DNA of 64,000 nucleotides. Source: an uncultured Pelagibacteraceae bacterium (lineage in GTDB: Bacteria > Pseudomonadota > Alphaproteobacteria > Pelagibacterales > Pelagibacteraceae). The translations under genes and the position numbers were made by a program. Numbering within the stretch: the first letter of the stretch is position 1; every line of letters starts with the position of its first letter. The stretch spans positions 42,858-106,857 of the forward strand of contig CACGXV010000002.1 in assembly GCA_902577075.1 (NCBI GenBank), read 5' to 3'. Under the pieces are notes generated by a model. It saw only the letters and a program-made list of their open reading frames with translations, made no database searches and was not told where the DNA came from. Below, piece by piece: positions 63,813 through 64,000 of the stretch.

Positions 63813-64000
63813 ATGAAAATATCTATCATAACAGTTTGTTTAAATTCAGAAAATACTATAATTTCAACGTTGAATTCAGTATTATCTCAAACTTACCAAA
63901 ATATCGAGCATATTATTGTAGATGGTGGATCAACTGACAAAACAATTCAAATAATTAATAATTATGATCATAGAGAGAAAAAAATAATTACTGTAGAAAA
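63813..64000 (+). CDS. Glycosyltransferase family 2, N-terminal part (runs off window end)
   Basis: Manual translation: MKISIITVCLNSENTIISTLNSVLSQTYQNIEHIIVDGGSTDKT. Confidence 0.88.
   Translation, partial: MKISIITVCLNSENTIISTLNSVLSQTYQNIEHIIVDGGSTDKTIQIINNYDHREKKIITVE

Larger units (their letters stand above)
48030..64000. other. Hypervariable surface-glycan biosynthesis island bounded by 5S rRNA (SAR11 HVR2-like); continues beyond the window
   Basis: Contiguous nucleotide-sugar, glycosyltransferase and methyltransferase genes; visibly more AT-rich; starts immediately upstream of rrf. Confidence 0.85.

Noticed and set aside
1-64000. CRISPR arrays, prophage, IS elements, defence systems, riboswitches
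   Set aside because: No repeat-spacer periodicity, no transposase, integrase or phage structural ORFs, and no intergenic region long enough for a typical riboswitch was seen by eye.

Overview
AT-rich, gene-dense alphaproteobacterial chromosome segment. Gene content, minimal spacers and a solitary 5S rRNA bordering a glycan island point to SAR11/Pelagibacterales (inferred, not searched). Bases 1-47.9 kb are mostly core genes: ppdK, glyQS, isoprenoid genes (ispB, ispA, dxs), aroC, rpoH, purA, thiD/thiE, glmM, folP, ftsH-tilS, tol-pal, yebC, zapA, tkt-gap-pgk-fba, efp, rpmE, rpsU, tal, pntAB, rpmJ, tRNA-Arg(UCG) and initiator tRNA-Met. Two accessory glycan regions interrupt this. One is a 3-gene islet at the tRNA-Arg 3' end (13.4-16.8 kb: GT2, YerE-like ThDP carboligase, SDR). 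The other is one end of the 5S-bounded hypervariable surface-glycan island (48.0-64 kb: His-type 3-dehydratase, GDP-mannose 3,5-epimerase-like, split transketolase, methyltransferases, GtrB-like plus GT-C-like pair, rfbF/rfbG, gmd/fcl). Best candidates for new biology: (i) a ThDP-dependent branched/higher-carbon deoxysugar pathway split across the two islands, using an Fe-S-free 3-dehydratase; (ii) a stand-alone MOC1/phage-type RuvC-fold resolvase in the ancestral ruvCAB slot; (iii) a 5S rRNA with its own promoter that appears to lead an SDR-rpmJ mRNA; (iv) a probable AUU-initiated rpsU directly followed by tRNA-fMet. The dxs and pdxH frameshifts lie in A8 runs and are probably sequencing errors. 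No CRISPR array, integrase or IS element was seen. All assignments come from motif recognition and synteny, not database searches.
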